NCBI GenBank assembly: GCA_963848525.1
Contig: CAWKDZ010000001.1
Location: forward strand, 374,060-438,059
DNA: 64,000 bases
Source: an uncultured Actinomycetes bacterium
Lineage (GTDB): Bacteria; Actinomycetota; Thermoleophilia; Gaiellales; Gaiellaceae
Direction: 5' to 3'
Shown here: positions 37,030 to 46,981 of the stretch, in pieces
How positions within the stretch are numbered: position 1 is the first letter of the stretch
Layout: every line of letters starts with the position of its first letter
Position numbers and translations under genes: made by a program
The notes under the pieces: generated by a model
The model's input: the letters and a program-made list of their open reading frames with translations, nothing else
Database searches by the model: none
What the model was told of the DNA's origin: nothing

Positions 37030-37921
37030 GGACAGAATGATCGTCTCGGCGCCGCGTCGTCGCATGGGCCAAACGGCTCATCTTGCGGGCCCCGAGGCCT
37101 ACCCCCTCTGTACGCTTCCCGGCCGTTTGGGCGGCTTCCTGATCGTCAACCCGCGCTCTGGGAGCGCCCAACCTTCGCCGGACGAGCTGGCGGAGCGGGC
37201 ACGCGCCCAGGGGATCTCCGTGCACCTGGTCGAGCCCGGGGAGGACATCGCCGCGCTCGCCCGCGACGCCGACGCGCCTGCGCTCGGGATCGCCGGCGGG
37301 GACGGGTCGCTCGCCGCGGTCGCGGAAGTGGCGCTCGAGCGCGGGCTTCCGTTCGTCTGCGTGCCCTTCGGGACGCGCAACCACTTCGCGCGCGACCTCG
37401 GGCTCGACCGGGACGACCCGGTCGCGGCGCTCGCCGCCTTCGACGGGATCGAGCGGGCGATCGACGTCGGCCGCGTCAACGACAGGCTCTTTCTCAACAA
37501 CGTCTCGCTCGGGATGTACGCGCGGCTCGTGCACGTGCGTGAGCGGCACCGGCGCCGGCGACTCGTTGCAGCGCGCCTGCGTGCGATCCTGATCGCGCTT
37601 CGGCACCGCTCCCCAACCGGGCTGGTCGTCGACGGCGAGCCGGTGTCCGCGCGCGTGCTGCTCGTCTCGAACAACGCGTACGAGCTCGACCTGCTCTCGG
37701 TCGGCGAGCGCGAGCGCCTCGACGAGGGGCTCCTCCATCTCTACGCGGGCAGCGGGATCGTGCGCTCGCGCTGGACCGAGTGGAGCGGCGAGCGCTTCGA
37801 GGTCGACGCCGCCTCCGGGCGACTGGCCGCGGCGGTGGACGGCGAGCCCGAGGAGCTGGAGACGCCGCTCGAGTTCAGGGTCGAGCCGCGGGCGCTACGG
37901 GTGCTCGTCCCGCCAGCGTGA
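37028..37921 (+). CDS. Diacylglycerol kinase-family lipid kinase (YegS/BmrU-like)
   Basis: ...LIVNPRSG....GGDGSL..VA......P...VPFGTRNHFARDLGL..... The start is uncertain: ATG 37028 or ATG 37064. Confidence 0.8.
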   Translation: MDRMIVSAPRRRMGQTAHLAGPEAYPLCTLPGRLGGFLIVNPRSGSAQPSPDELAERARAQGISVHLVEPGEDIAALARDADAPALGIAGGDGSLAAVAEVALERGLPFVCVPFGTRNHFARDLGLDRDDPVAALAAFDGIERAIDVGRVNDRLFLNNVSLGMYARLVHVRERHRRRRLVAARLRAILIALRHRSPTGLVVDGEPVSARVLLVSNNAYELDLLSVGERERLDEGLLHLYAGSGIVRSRWTEWSGERFEVDAASGRLAAAVDGEPEELETPLEFRVEPRALRVLVPPA

Positions 37922-38434
37922 GAGCACCTCGGCGTTGTTGCGGAAGGCGAGCTCCTCGGTCGGCGGGAGCCCGTCGGCGGCGAACCACCTGAGCTCGGCG
38001 ACGTCGTCGGCGGGCTCCGGCTCGCCCGCGACCACGCGGCACGTCCAGTAGAGGTTGAGCGTGTGCTGCGCCTCGTCGCCGTCGCCGTAGCGGTCGACGA
38101 CGACGTCGAAGAACGCGACCGGCTCGACCTCGAGCCCCGTCTCCTCGTCGAGCTCGCGCTTGAGGGCGTCGCGGGGATCCTCGCCCTCGTCGAGGAAGCC
38201 GCCCGGCAGGTCCCACTTCCCCTCGTCGGGCTCGCCTGCGCGGCGCGCGAGCAGGATCCGGCCCTCGGCGTCGAGCACGAGTCCAGACGCCGTCGGCTTC
38301 GAGCTCGCGTAGTGGCGCAGGCCGCACGACGGGCACTCGACGCTCTTTCCGTCGTCCCCGACGAGGCCGGAGCCGCAGCGGGGACAGTGCTTCCAGCCGT
38401 CGAGCTCGCCCACGTCGGGCAGGATACGGCGCAT
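37895..38434 (-). CDS. NUDIX hydrolase with NudC-type zinc ribbon
   Basis: ATG 38434. The Zn ribbon is HCPRCGSGLVGDDGKSVECPSCG and the Nudix box is GGFLDEGEDPRDALKRELDEETGL. Confidence 0.8.
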   Translation of the reverse strand: MRRILPDVGELDGWKHCPRCGSGLVGDDGKSVECPSCGLRHYASSKPTASGLVLDAEGRILLARRAGEPDEGKWDLPGGFLDEGEDPRDALKRELDEETGLEVEPVAFFDVVVDRYGDGDEAQHTLNLYWTCRVVAGEPEPADDVAELRWFAADGLPPTEELAFRNNAEVLSRWRDEHP

Positions 38435-38554
38435 GCACGAGCAGCCCGAGCCCACAGAGCGCGAGCAGGAGGAGACCACCGAGCGGCTGCCCGACGAGGA
38501 CGCGATGCGCTATCCGGGCCACGACGACCCGCCCGAGACACCGGACGCCGACTC

Positions 38555-38926
38555 GTGAGCCCCGTTGCCGCGCACGAGTTCTCCCGCATCGCGCTGCTGT
38601 CCTCGCTGCCGGGGGAGCGGCTGAACGAGCTCGCCGGGCGGATGGCGCGCGAGTCGGTCCAGCCGGGCAAGACGGTCGTGAGCGAGGGCGAGCCCGGCGA
38701 GCGCTTCTACGTCGTCCTCGAGGGAATGCTCGAGGTCACGCAGGCCGGGCGCGGGCAGCGAACGCTCCTCCGCCCCGGCGACTACTTCGGCGAGGTCGCG
38801 CTGGCGATGGACATCCCCCGCACGGCGTCGGTGCGCGCTGTCACTCCCGCGCTCGTGGCCAGCTGCGACCGCGCGACGTTCGACGAGTTCGTGCGGCCCT
38901 TGTTCGCCGAGGACGGGCCGCTCTAG
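38555..38926 (+). CDS. Stand-alone cyclic-nucleotide-binding (cNMP/CAP-effector) domain protein
   Basis: GTG 38555, 123 aa: ...GKTVVSEGEPGERFYVVLEGMLEV.....LRPGDYFGEVALAMDIPRTASVRAV. The FGE...RTA signature is typical of cNMP-binding domains. No output domain is present. Confidence 0.8.
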   Translation: MSPVAAHEFSRIALLSSLPGERLNELAGRMARESVQPGKTVVSEGEPGERFYVVLEGMLEVTQAGRGQRTLLRPGDYFGEVALAMDIPRTASVRAVTPALVASCDRATFDEFVRPLFAEDGPL

Positions 38927-41900
38927 CCGGCCGACGCGGCCGCGCCAACCGACTCGGCCTCGCGGAGCCAGCGGGTCGCGCCGGCCGCGTGGAAGAACTC
39001 GACCGCTCGGGCGAGGTGCTCGTCCGCCTTGGCCCGGCGTCCTGTCGCGACCAACTGCTCGGCGGCGCGGAGGCGCGCGTACGCCTCGTGCATCCCGGTT
39101 CCCATCTCGGCGAACAGAGCGGCGGCTTCCTCGTACTCACCGCTGACGACTGCCCGCGTCGCGGTTGTCCACTTCGTCTGGCGCTTCTGGCGCGCGAGCA
39201 GGCGATCGAGCTCCTCGCGACGTCCGACTTCGTTCGCCGCCCAGGCGAAGTTGATCGTCGTCCAGACCGGCGGCGGGCGGCGACGGTCGAGCGCGCGGAA
39301 GTCGAACTCGGACGCCTTCTGCCGCGCCCGCTCGTCCTCACCGGCCTCGGCAAACGCGCGAACCGCGAACGCCAGCGACTGGAACATCCGGTCCGGTTGC
39401 GCCACCTCATGCGCAAGGTCGAGAGCGCGCTCCGCGTCGGCGACGGCTCCCGCGAGATCGTCGCGACCCAGCCTGATCGTCCCGCGGTAGCTATGAACAC
39501 CGGCCTGCTGGGTGTGCGGCGCACCTGCCTCGCATTCGGCGATGAACGCGTCCGTCATCCGCAGGCACTCGTCCCAGCGTCCGTCGTCGAGCGGGCGCAG
39601 CATCTGCATCGCTCGCATGAATCGCGTCATGTCGGCGTGGCCCGCGCGATCCGCAAGACGCCTCGCCTCGTCCAGGAACTCGTATGCCCGAGAGAGCTCG
39701 CCGGCGCCGAACAGCTGGACCCCGATGTTGTTGCACGCGCGCGATGCCTCGAATAACGAACCGGTTCGTAGCGCTACCTGCCGGCCCTCCTCCCCCTCGG
39801 CGAACCCGTCGTCGTCGCCCGACTCGACGCGCGCCATTCCGACGGTGATGAGAACCCCGGCGCGGACCTCGTCGAGGCCGAGGCGATCGGCAACGGCGAG
39901 CGCGTCCCGTCCAACGCGTATCGCCTCCTCGTGGTCGCCCTCGAGCATCCGCAAGCCCGCGACCGACGCGAGCACACGCGCCGTTGCTGCGGTTGGACGG
40001 TGATCCTCGACGAGTGCGAGGGCACGGTCGAACGCGCCCCGAGCACCGTCCCACGTGCCGCGGTACCACAGGGCTCTTCCGACGAGTGCCTCCGCCTCGG
40101 CCGCGCGGTCGCGGTCGCCCGCGGCGAGCAGCGCGTCGCGGGCCGCCTCGAGTGCTTCGACCTGCCGCTCGTCCGACGCGAGATGCAGCGCCCGACCCCG
40201 CCGGAACAGCAGGTCCACACCCTGCGGCCCGTCGCGGTCCGAGAGCTCGAGCGCCTGCTCGTACAGGTGGCTTGCGTGGGCGAACGCGTTCAGCGCGAAC
40301 GCACGGTCGCCGGCGTCACTTAGGGCGTCGCGAGCGTTCTCCGCGATGCCGGCGGTCGATTGTCCGGAAGCGCGGAGCAGCTCGAGCGCGCTCAGGTAGT
40401 GGTGAGCGACCATCTCGGCCTGGTCCTCGGGTCTGCCGAGCGAGCCGATCCACGCGGCGGCCTGCTGATGCTTCTCGGCCCGCTGCGTCCGCGGGATCTG
40501 GCCGTACGCGACGTCGCGGACGAGGAGATGCCGGAACGCGTACTCGGTCTCCCCGGCGACCGACGAGCGACGCTCCCGGCGGACGAACTCTTTGCGCTCG
40601 AGCGCGTGCAGCCGTTCCTCCGCGACCCAGCGCTCGACTTCCCCGAGCGCCGCGGTGGCGCCGAGCCAGAAGATCTTCCCGATCACCGCCGCGTCCTGAA
40701 GGAGCACCTTCTCCTCTCGGGCGAGCCCGTCGATGCGCGCCGCGAGCAGCCCTTGCACCGTCTCCGGCACTCGGAGCTCCTCCCCCCGGTCGTGCGTCTC
40801 GAGCAGTCGCGCGAACTCCTCGGCGTACAGCGGGTTCCCGCCGGCGCGCTCGAGCAGCGTCTCGTGCGCGTCGGGATCGAGCGAAGACCGCACCAGGAAC
40901 GCGCGCACGAGCTGCGCCGTCTCGTCGTCGCTGAGCGGCGACAACGACAGCGTCAGCGCGTGAGGCTTACCCCCACCCCAGCCCTGCCGGCGCGCGAGCA
41001 GCTCGGGCCGAGCAGTCCCGACCACGAGCAGCGGCACGCCACTGGCCCAGTCGACGAGATGGTCGACGAAGTCGAGCAGACCCTCGTCGGCGAAGTGCAG
41101 GTCTTCGAAGACGAGCACCAGCGGGTGCTCCTCTGCGAGCGCCTCGAAGAAGCGCCGCCACGCGGCGAACGCCTCGCCACGGCGGTCGGCCGCCGCCTCG
41201 CCGCCCGCCTCGAGCCCGACCAGCGGCCGAAGGTGGCGCTCGAGCCACTGGACGTCCTCGTCTGCTGAGACCACCGTGGCGACGGCCGCGCGCAGCTTCT
41301 CCTCGGTCCGGGCGGCGTCGTCGGTCTCGAGGACCCCCGCCTGCGCCTTGACCATCTCGCCGAGCGCCCAGTAGCTGACGCCCTCGCCGTAGGGGAGCGA
41401 GCGGCCCTGTCGCCAGCGGGTCAGCTCGGACCCGCGCTCGACTCGCTGGAACAGCTCCCAGACGAGGCGGCTCTTCCCGATTCCCGGGACACCGACCAGA
41501 GTGACGAGCTGCGGCTCGCGCTCCCGCCGCGCGCGCTCGAGCGCGCCTACGAGCGCCGCGAGCTCCAGCTCCCGACCGACGAGCGGGGTGCGCCCGATCT
41601 GGCGGACGTCGACGCCGAACCGCGCCCGCGCCTCGACGGCTTCCCAAACGGCGACCGGCTCGGTCTTCCCCTTCGCCTCGATGGGTCGCTGCTCGCGGTA
41701 CGAGATCACCCGCTCGGTCGCGCGGTACGTCGTCTCGTCGACCAGGACGCCGTTCACCGGGGCCGCCGACTGGAGGCGCGCCGCCGTGTTCACGACGTCG
41801 CCGGAGGCCATCCCTTCGCCCGCGCCCGTTCCGAGCGCGACGAGCGCCTCGCCGGTCGTGATCCCGATCCTGACCTGGAGGTCGGCTTCCTCGAGCGCCC

Positions 41901-42243
41901 ACTCGCGGATCGCCAGCGCCGCACGCACCGCGCGCTCGGGGTCGTCCTCGTGAGCGACGGGAGCACCGAAGAGCGCCATGACCGCGTCGCCGATGAACTT
42001 CTCGACCGTGCCGCCGAAGCGCTCGAGATCCCCACGCACCCGCTCGAGGAACGACGAGAGCAGCGCACGGACGTCCTCCGGGTCTAGCCGCTCGGCGCGC
42101 GCCGTCGAGCCGACGAGGTCGCAGAAGAGCACGGTGACGACCTTGCGCTCCTCGCGGGGCGCCTCGCCGGTCAGCGCTGCGCCGCAGGCGCCGCAGAAGC
42201 GGAAGCCGGCGGGGTTCTCCTGTCCACAGCTGGGACAGATCAC
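38923..42243 (-). CDS. Zn-ribbon + class III cyclase + STAND/AAA ATPase + TPR regulator
   Basis: 1106 aa and intact. Motifs in order: CPSCGQENPAGFRFCGACG; VLFCDLVGST...KFIGDAVMALFG...GITTGEA...VNTAARLQ; Walker A LVGVPGIGKSRLV. The C-terminus is a long TPR-like helical region. Confidence 0.9.
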   Translation of the reverse strand: MICPSCGQENPAGFRFCGACGAALTGEAPREERKVVTVLFCDLVGSTARAERLDPEDVRALLSSFLERVRGDLERFGGTVEKFIGDAVMALFGAPVAHEDDPERAVRAALAIREWALEEADLQVRIGITTGEALVALGTGAGEGMASGDVVNTAARLQSAAPVNGVLVDETTYRATERVISYREQRPIEAKGKTEPVAVWEAVEARARFGVDVRQIGRTPLVGRELELAALVGALERARREREPQLVTLVGVPGIGKSRLVWELFQRVERGSELTRWRQGRSLPYGEGVSYWALGEMVKAQAGVLETDDAARTEEKLRAAVATVVSADEDVQWLERHLRPLVGLEAGGEAAADRRGEAFAAWRRFFEALAEEHPLVLVFEDLHFADEGLLDFVDHLVDWASGVPLLVVGTARPELLARRQGWGGGKPHALTLSLSPLSDDETAQLVRAFLVRSSLDPDAHETLLERAGGNPLYAEEFARLLETHDRGEELRVPETVQGLLAARIDGLAREEKVLLQDAAVIGKIFWLGATAALGEVERWVAEERLHALERKEFVRRERRSSVAGETEYAFRHLLVRDVAYGQIPRTQRAEKHQQAAAWIGSLGRPEDQAEMVAHHYLSALELLRASGQSTAGIAENARDALSDAGDRAFALNAFAHASHLYEQALELSDRDGPQGVDLLFRRGRALHLASDERQVEALEAARDALLAAGDRDRAAEAEALVGRALWYRGTWDGARGAFDRALALVEDHRPTAATARVLASVAGLRMLEGDHEEAIRVGRDALAVADRLGLDEVRAGVLITVGMARVESGDDDGFAEGEEGRQVALRTGSLFEASRACNNIGVQLFGAGELSRAYEFLDEARRLADRAGHADMTRFMRAMQMLRPLDDGRWDECLRMTDAFIAECEAGAPHTQQAGVHSYRGTIRLGRDDLAGAVADAERALDLAHEVAQPDRMFQSLAFAVRAFAEAGEDERARQKASEFDFRALDRRRPPPVWTTINFAWAANEVGRREELDRLLARQKRQTKWTTATRAVVSGEYEEAAALFAEMGTGMHEAYARLRAAEQLVATGRRAKADEHLARAVEFFHAAGATRWLREAESVGAAASAG

Positions 42244-42252
42244 GGCTCCACC

Positions 42253-43073
42253 CTACGACGGGCGGCTCTCACCGAGCACGGCGTCGGACAAGCTCGGCCA
42301 GAGCTTCTTCGCCTCCGCGCTCCACTCGTCGAAGGGCAGGTCGCCGAGGAACCCGAGCGCGAGGCCGGCCTCGGGGTCGACCCAGAGGAACGTGCCGCTC
42401 CCGCCGAAGTGGCCGAATGTCCGCGGCGAGTTGTTCGCGCCGGTCCAGTGCGGTGACTTGCCGTCCCGCAGCTCGAAGCCGAGGCCCCAGTCGTTCGGGT
42501 CCATCCGCCCGAAGTCGGGCAGCACGCCGACGAGCCCCGGGAAGTTGACCATCGTCGCCTCGGCGAGCGTCTCGGGCGCCACGAGCGTCGGCGCGAGCAG
42601 CTCCTTCGCAAGGTCGAGCAGGTCGAGCAGCGTCCCGTAGAGGCCGGTGGCGGGCGAGCCGCGCAGCTCGCCTGTGAACTCGAGCGGCGCGAGCACGGCT
42701 CGGTCAGGTACTCGACGAACGGCATCTCCGCGCGCGACTCGACGTGCTGCGCGAGCACCTCGAAGCCGCCGTTCGAGTAGATGCGGCGCTCCCCCGGCGG
42801 CGCGATCGGCGTCGTCCCGTCGAACGGCAGACCCGACGCGTGCGCGAGCAGGTGGCGCACCGTCGAGCCGGGCGGCCCGGCCGGCTCGTCGAGGTCGACG
42901 ACGCCCTCCTCGGCGGCGACGAGCGTCGCCAGCGCGGTCACGAGCTTCGTGATCGAGGCCCAGGCGAACTCGCGCCCCTCGTTCCCGTGCATCGCGCGGA
43001 CGCCATCGCCGTCCGCGACTCCGACCGCAGTGTGCTCGGGAGGCCACGCGTCCACTCGACTCAGCGCCTCCAC
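42253..43073 (-). pseudogene. Serine beta-lactamase / PBP-like hydrolase, reads as frameshifted near 42697-42701
   Basis: The N-terminal part with the SxxK motif (WASITKLVTALA) ...MPFVEYLTE is in ORF 42240..43073. The continuation AVLAPLEFTGELRGSPATGLYGTLLDLL...HFGGSGTFLWVDPE is in ORF 42253..43110. The junction looks like a 1-nt loss (gag-gcc read as gagcc). Confidence 0.7.
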
Positions 43074-43093
43074 GCGGCGCGATACTACGTCGG

Positions 43094-44668
43094 GTGGAGC
43101 GTCGGCTCATCTCGTCGGGCTCGCCCTACGAGTCGATCGTCGGGTTCTCGCGCGCAGTCGTCGCCGGTTCGCACGTGCACGTGAGCGGAACCGCGCCCGT
43201 GATGCCCGACGGCGAGCCGCTGCCGGACGACGCGTACGCGCAGGCCCGGCGCTGCCTCGCGATCATCCTCGACGCGCTGGCCGAGGCCGGCGCGCGCCCC
43301 GCCGACGTCGTGCGCACGCGCATCTACCTGACGAGCCCCGACGTCTTCGACGACGTCGCGAGGGCGCACGCGGAGGTCTTCGGCGACGTTCGCCCGGCGT
43401 CCACGGCGGTGGTGGCGCAGCTGCTCGACCCCCGTTGGAAGGTCGAGATCGAGGCGGAGGCGCGTGCTGCCGTGAAGCAGATCTACCCTGCGACGATCAC
43501 CGGCAAGAGCTTCGCGCCCGGCGGCAGCGTGCTGGATCACAAGTTCGGCCAGAGCGACCCGTACACGCTCGGCGTCGAGGAGGAATACATGCTGCTCGAC
43601 GGCGAGACGTACGACCTCGTGCAGCACATCGACACGGTCCTCGCGGCGACGTCTGGTGACGAGCTCGCCGACCGCCTCGCGCCCGAGCTGATGCAATCCG
43701 TGCTCGAGATCGCGACGCCGGTCTGCCGGAACACGGCCGACGTCGACCGCGAGCTGCGGAAGCTGCGCGGCTACGTGATCGACGTCGCCCGCGAGAAGGG
43801 ACTGCGCGTCGGCTCGGCCGGGACGCATCCGTTCTCGCTCTTCGAACGCCAGCGGATCACCGCGCGCGACCGCTACCGCAACCTCGTCGACCAGCTCCAG
43901 TACGTCGCGCGCCGCGAGCTGATCTTCGGCATGCACGTCCACGTCGCCGTCGACGACTGCGAGAAGGCGATCCAGGTCGTGAACGGGATGCTCGTCGAGC
44001 TGCCGACGCTGCTGGCGCTGTCCGCAAGCTCGCCGTTCTGGCGCGGCGAGCCGACCGGCCTCTCGTCCTCGCGGCAGATGGTGTTCGCGGCGTTCCCCCG
44101 CTCGGGCCCGCCGCCGCGCTTCAAGGACTACGACGACTACGCGGAGGTCGTCGGCCAGCTCGAGAAGACGGGCTGCATCGCGGACTACACGCACATCTGG
44201 TGGGACATCCGCCTGCACCCGAAGTGGGGCACGGTCGAGGTGCGGATCTGCGACGCCGTCACCCGTGTCGAGGACGCGGTCGCGATCACGGCGTACTGCC
44301 AGGCGCTCGTCAAGCTGTACTCCGAGCTCTACGACCGGCGCGAGCCGATCCCGTCGTTCCACCGGATCCTGACGACGGAGAACAAGTGGCTCTCGGCCCG
44401 CTACGGCCTCGAGGCGCCGATCATGGACCTGGTCACGGGCCGCAGGAACCGCGTTCCGATCGCGCAGCTGATCCGCCGGCGGCTCCGCGACCTCGAGCCG
44501 CACGCGCGCGAGCTCGGGTCGGAGCGGGAGCTCGAGGGGATCCGCGGGATCCTCTCGCGCGGCAGCAGCGCCGACCGGCAGCTGCGCGTGTTCAACGCCA
44601 ACCGCGACATCGTCGAGGTCGTGCGCGAGATCGCCGACGCGACCGAGGTCGCCGCCGTCGCGGCCTAG
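43094..44668 (+). CDS. RidA/YjgF-like domain fused to a YbdK-type carboxylate-amine ligase (GCS2 family)
   Basis: 524 aa. Residues ~1-125 are RidA-like (...SRAVVAGSHVHVSGTAP...VRTRIYL...PASTAVVAQLLDPRWKVEIEAEA). After a ~30-aa linker the remainder is GCS2-like (TLGVEEEYMLLD...ELMQSVLEI.T.........GTHPF...FG.HVHV...). Confidence 0.8.
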   Translation: MERRLISSGSPYESIVGFSRAVVAGSHVHVSGTAPVMPDGEPLPDDAYAQARRCLAIILDALAEAGARPADVVRTRIYLTSPDVFDDVARAHAEVFGDVRPASTAVVAQLLDPRWKVEIEAEARAAVKQIYPATITGKSFAPGGSVLDHKFGQSDPYTLGVEEEYMLLDGETYDLVQHIDTVLAATSGDELADRLAPELMQSVLEIATPVCRNTADVDRELRKLRGYVIDVAREKGLRVGSAGTHPFSLFERQRITARDRYRNLVDQLQYVARRELIFGMHVHVAVDDCEKAIQVVNGMLVELPTLLALSASSPFWRGEPTGLSSSRQMVFAAFPRSGPPPRFKDYDDYAEVVGQLEKTGCIADYTHIWWDIRLHPKWGTVEVRICDAVTRVEDAVAITAYCQALVKLYSELYDRREPIPSFHRILTTENKWLSARYGLEAPIMDLVTGRRNRVPIAQLIRRRLRDLEPHARELGSERELEGIRGILSRGSSADRQLRVFNANRDIVEVVREIADATEVAAVAA

Positions 44669-44669
44669 C

Positions 44670-45296
44670 GTGCTCGGCCAGATCGCCGCGTTCACGCTCG
44701 CTGCGACGGTCGTCACGATCACGCCCGGGCCTGACATGGCGCTCGTCGCGCGGCGCGCGGTCACCGACGGCTGGCGGCGTGCCTCGGTCACGAGCGCCGG
44801 CATCGTGACGGGGCTGCTCGTCCACGCGGCGGCGTCGGCGCTCGGGATCTCGGTCCTCCTCGTGCGCTCGGCGACCGCGTTCACGGTGCTCAAGATCGCC
44901 GGCGCCTGCTACCTCGTCGTGCTCGGGATCCTCAGCTTTCGGGCGGCCCGACGGACGACGCGCGAGCCGATCGACCGCATCCCGCCGCGCGCACCGCGAT
45001 CGGGTCGGACGAGCTTCGGGCAGGGCTTCCTCAACAACGTCCTCAACCCGAAGCCCGCGCTCTTCTACCTCGCGTTCCTGCCTCAGTTCGTGGGGCCCGG
45101 CGACCCAGTCGTGTTGATGACGGGGATCTTCGTCGCGATCCACATCGTGATCAGCATCGTCTGGCTCGTCGTCTGGGCCTGGCTCGTCGGGCGCGCCGGC
45201 GCGCTGATGCAGCCTCGCTGGCGAGCGGTGCTCGAGCGCGTGACAGGCGCAGTACTCGTCGCGCTCGGACTGCGGCTCGCGACGACGAGCCGCTAG
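44670..45296 (+). CDS. LysE/RhtB-family amino-acid exporter
   Basis: 208 aa: ...TITPGPDMALV...KIAGA.YL..LG........F.QGFL.N.LNPK..LFYLAFLPQF.. Confidence 0.85.
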   Translation: MLGQIAAFTLAATVVTITPGPDMALVARRAVTDGWRRASVTSAGIVTGLLVHAAASALGISVLLVRSATAFTVLKIAGACYLVVLGILSFRAARRTTREPIDRIPPRAPRSGRTSFGQGFLNNVLNPKPALFYLAFLPQFVGPGDPVVLMTGIFVAIHIVISIVWLVVWAWLVGRAGALMQPRWRAVLERVTGAVLVALGLRLATTSR

Positions 45297-46378
45297 CGCA
45301 GGAGCTTCGGCGCCGCGCCGCGGCGGACGACGACGAGCCGCCGTCCGTCCGGCGTGAAGCCGAGCCCGGCGACGCGCCCGACGCGGACCGGCTCGTCGAC
45401 GGCGTCGGTGGCCAGCCGGTAGCGCCACACCTTTCCGTCCACAGCGAACGCGACGGCGTCCTCTCTCGGCGAGACCGCAGCAGCGCCGGCGAGGTCGCGC
45501 GTGCCGCGCGTCCGCTCACCGTTTCGGAACCTGACGATCCGCGCGATCCGCGGCCCGGCGAGGTCGACGACGAGCAGCCGGCCGGCGAACGGGCCGGCGA
45601 CGTAGAGCCTCCGCTCGTCGGGCGAAAGCGCGAGCGAGGACGTGCGGATCGTGCTCGGGTCGACGAAGCCGGCGGGTAGGTCGAGGCAGTGTCCGAAGCC
45701 CCGGTCGAGGTCGAGCGAGTGGATGAAGCCGCCGCCGTCCGGCTTGACGTAGAGGGTCAGCAGCCAGCGGCCGTCGCTCGTGGCGACGGACGTCCACGCG
45801 GCGCCGATCATCTTCTGCTGGGCCGACGACGCCCTCGACCAGCGGCGTCACGGAGAGCCGGCTCGTGCGCAGGTCGTAGAGCCGGAGGTTGTAGCCGCCG
45901 TCGTCGTACTTGATCAGGAAGAGGCGGCGCCCGTCGAGCGAGACCGCCTCGACGCCGTAGGTCCCGCGCAGCGTCGATGCGGCGGAACACCGTCCAGCGC
46001 GAGGTGCCGACGACCGTGAGCCGGGTCGAGCCGGGCCCGAACGACGTGAGCACCGCGCGGTCTCCGCGCGCCGAGACGCGCCGCGAGCCGCTGACGCGTG
46101 CCCGGAGGGAGCCGCGCGCGACGACGCGCCCGCTGGGCAGCGCGTACCGGGTCAAGCTCGTCCGCGTGCCCGCTCGCGCGGGCGACGACGAACGTGCGGC
46201 CGTCGGCCGACTGGAGGCCCGCCGAGAGCCGCAGGTCGGCGCGGAGCGAGTCGAGGTCGTAGAGGACGAGCGGGCCGAACTGCCCGTTCGGGCGGACGGT
46301 GAGCAGGCTCGGGCCGGACGACGCCTGCGCCGGGACCGCGAGCCCGGCGAGCACGGCGACGAGCGCGAGACGCTTCAT
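45293..46378 (-). pseudogene. Secreted beta-propeller-like protein broken by three frameshifts
   Basis: One protein can be read only by hopping frames:
- MKRLALVAVLAGLAVPAQA...GRTFVVARASG (ORF 45914..46537).
- TRYALPSGRVVARGSL...TVVGTSRWTVFRRIDAA (ORF 45808..46155).
- TLRGTYGVEAVSLDGRRLFLIKYDDGGYNLRLYDLRTSRLSVTPLVEG (ORF 45516..45851 frame).
- QKMIGAAWTSVATSDGRWLLTLYVKPDGGGFIHSLDL... (ORF 45293..45811).
The junctions lie at about 46150-46165, 45965-45985 and 45815-45822. Confidence 0.6.
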
Positions 46379-46469
46379 GCGTCTGTTACACCCGGGACCT
46401 CGAAAAAGGTCCCGGCCGTATTCCGGGCGTGGACCTCTCGGCCCTTCCCTCTCGTACAGTCGCTGCGGG

Positions 46470-46981
46470 ATGCCGGGCTCTGGCCGCCACGAGCGCGCCT
46501 GGGTGCGGGGCGCCCAGGGCGGGTCGGCCTCCGACATCGAGGCGCTGTTTCGCGCGCACTGGCCGAGAGCGTTCCGCGCCGCCTACCTCGTCACCCACGA
46601 CGCCGCCGCGGCCGAGGACATCGCGCAGGAGGCGTTCGTCGCCGCCATCCGCTCGCTCGACCGGTTCGACCGGCGGCGCCCGTTCGGCCCGTGGCTGCAT
46701 CGGATCGTCGTCAACCGGGCGATCGACTGGGCACGCACCCGCCGGCTCCGCGGTGAGACCGAGCTCGTCGACGTCGCCGCAGCAGAGCGCGAGCATGCGG
46801 CAACCCGCACGACCTGGCGGCAGCGATCGCGCGGCTGCCGCCGGAGCAGCGCGCGGTGATCGTCCTGCGCCATCTGCTCGAGTACACGCCCGGCGAGATC
46901 GCCGACCTGCTCGGCCTGCCTCGCGGCACGGTCAACTCTCGACTGCGTCGAGGTCTCGACGCGCTGAAGGAGTCGTTGTGA
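46470..46981 (+). pseudogene. ECF-type RNA polymerase sigma factor, reads as frameshifted near 46795-46810
   Basis: Region 2 (...AAAEDIAQEAFVAAIRSLDRFDRRRPFGPWLHRIVVNRAIDWARTRR) is in the frame of ORF 46299..46859. Region 4 (DLAAAIARLPPEQRAVIVLRHLLEYTPGEIADLLGLPRGTVNSRLRRGLDALKESL*) is in another frame and ends at TGA 46979-46981. Confidence 0.7.

Noticed and set aside
38555-42243. Pycsar-like antiphage pair (cyclase plus cNMP-binding effector)
   Set aside because: The genes are convergent rather than in an operon. The cNMP-binding protein has no effector (TM/TIR) domain. The cyclase is embedded in a large STAND-TPR regulator with several paralogues. The pair therefore looks like housekeeping signalling rather than a defence module.
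43085-44893. 602-aa ORF on the - strand
   Set aside because: It is antisense to the RidA-GCS2 gene and the LysE gene and has no motifs. It is a shadow ORF.
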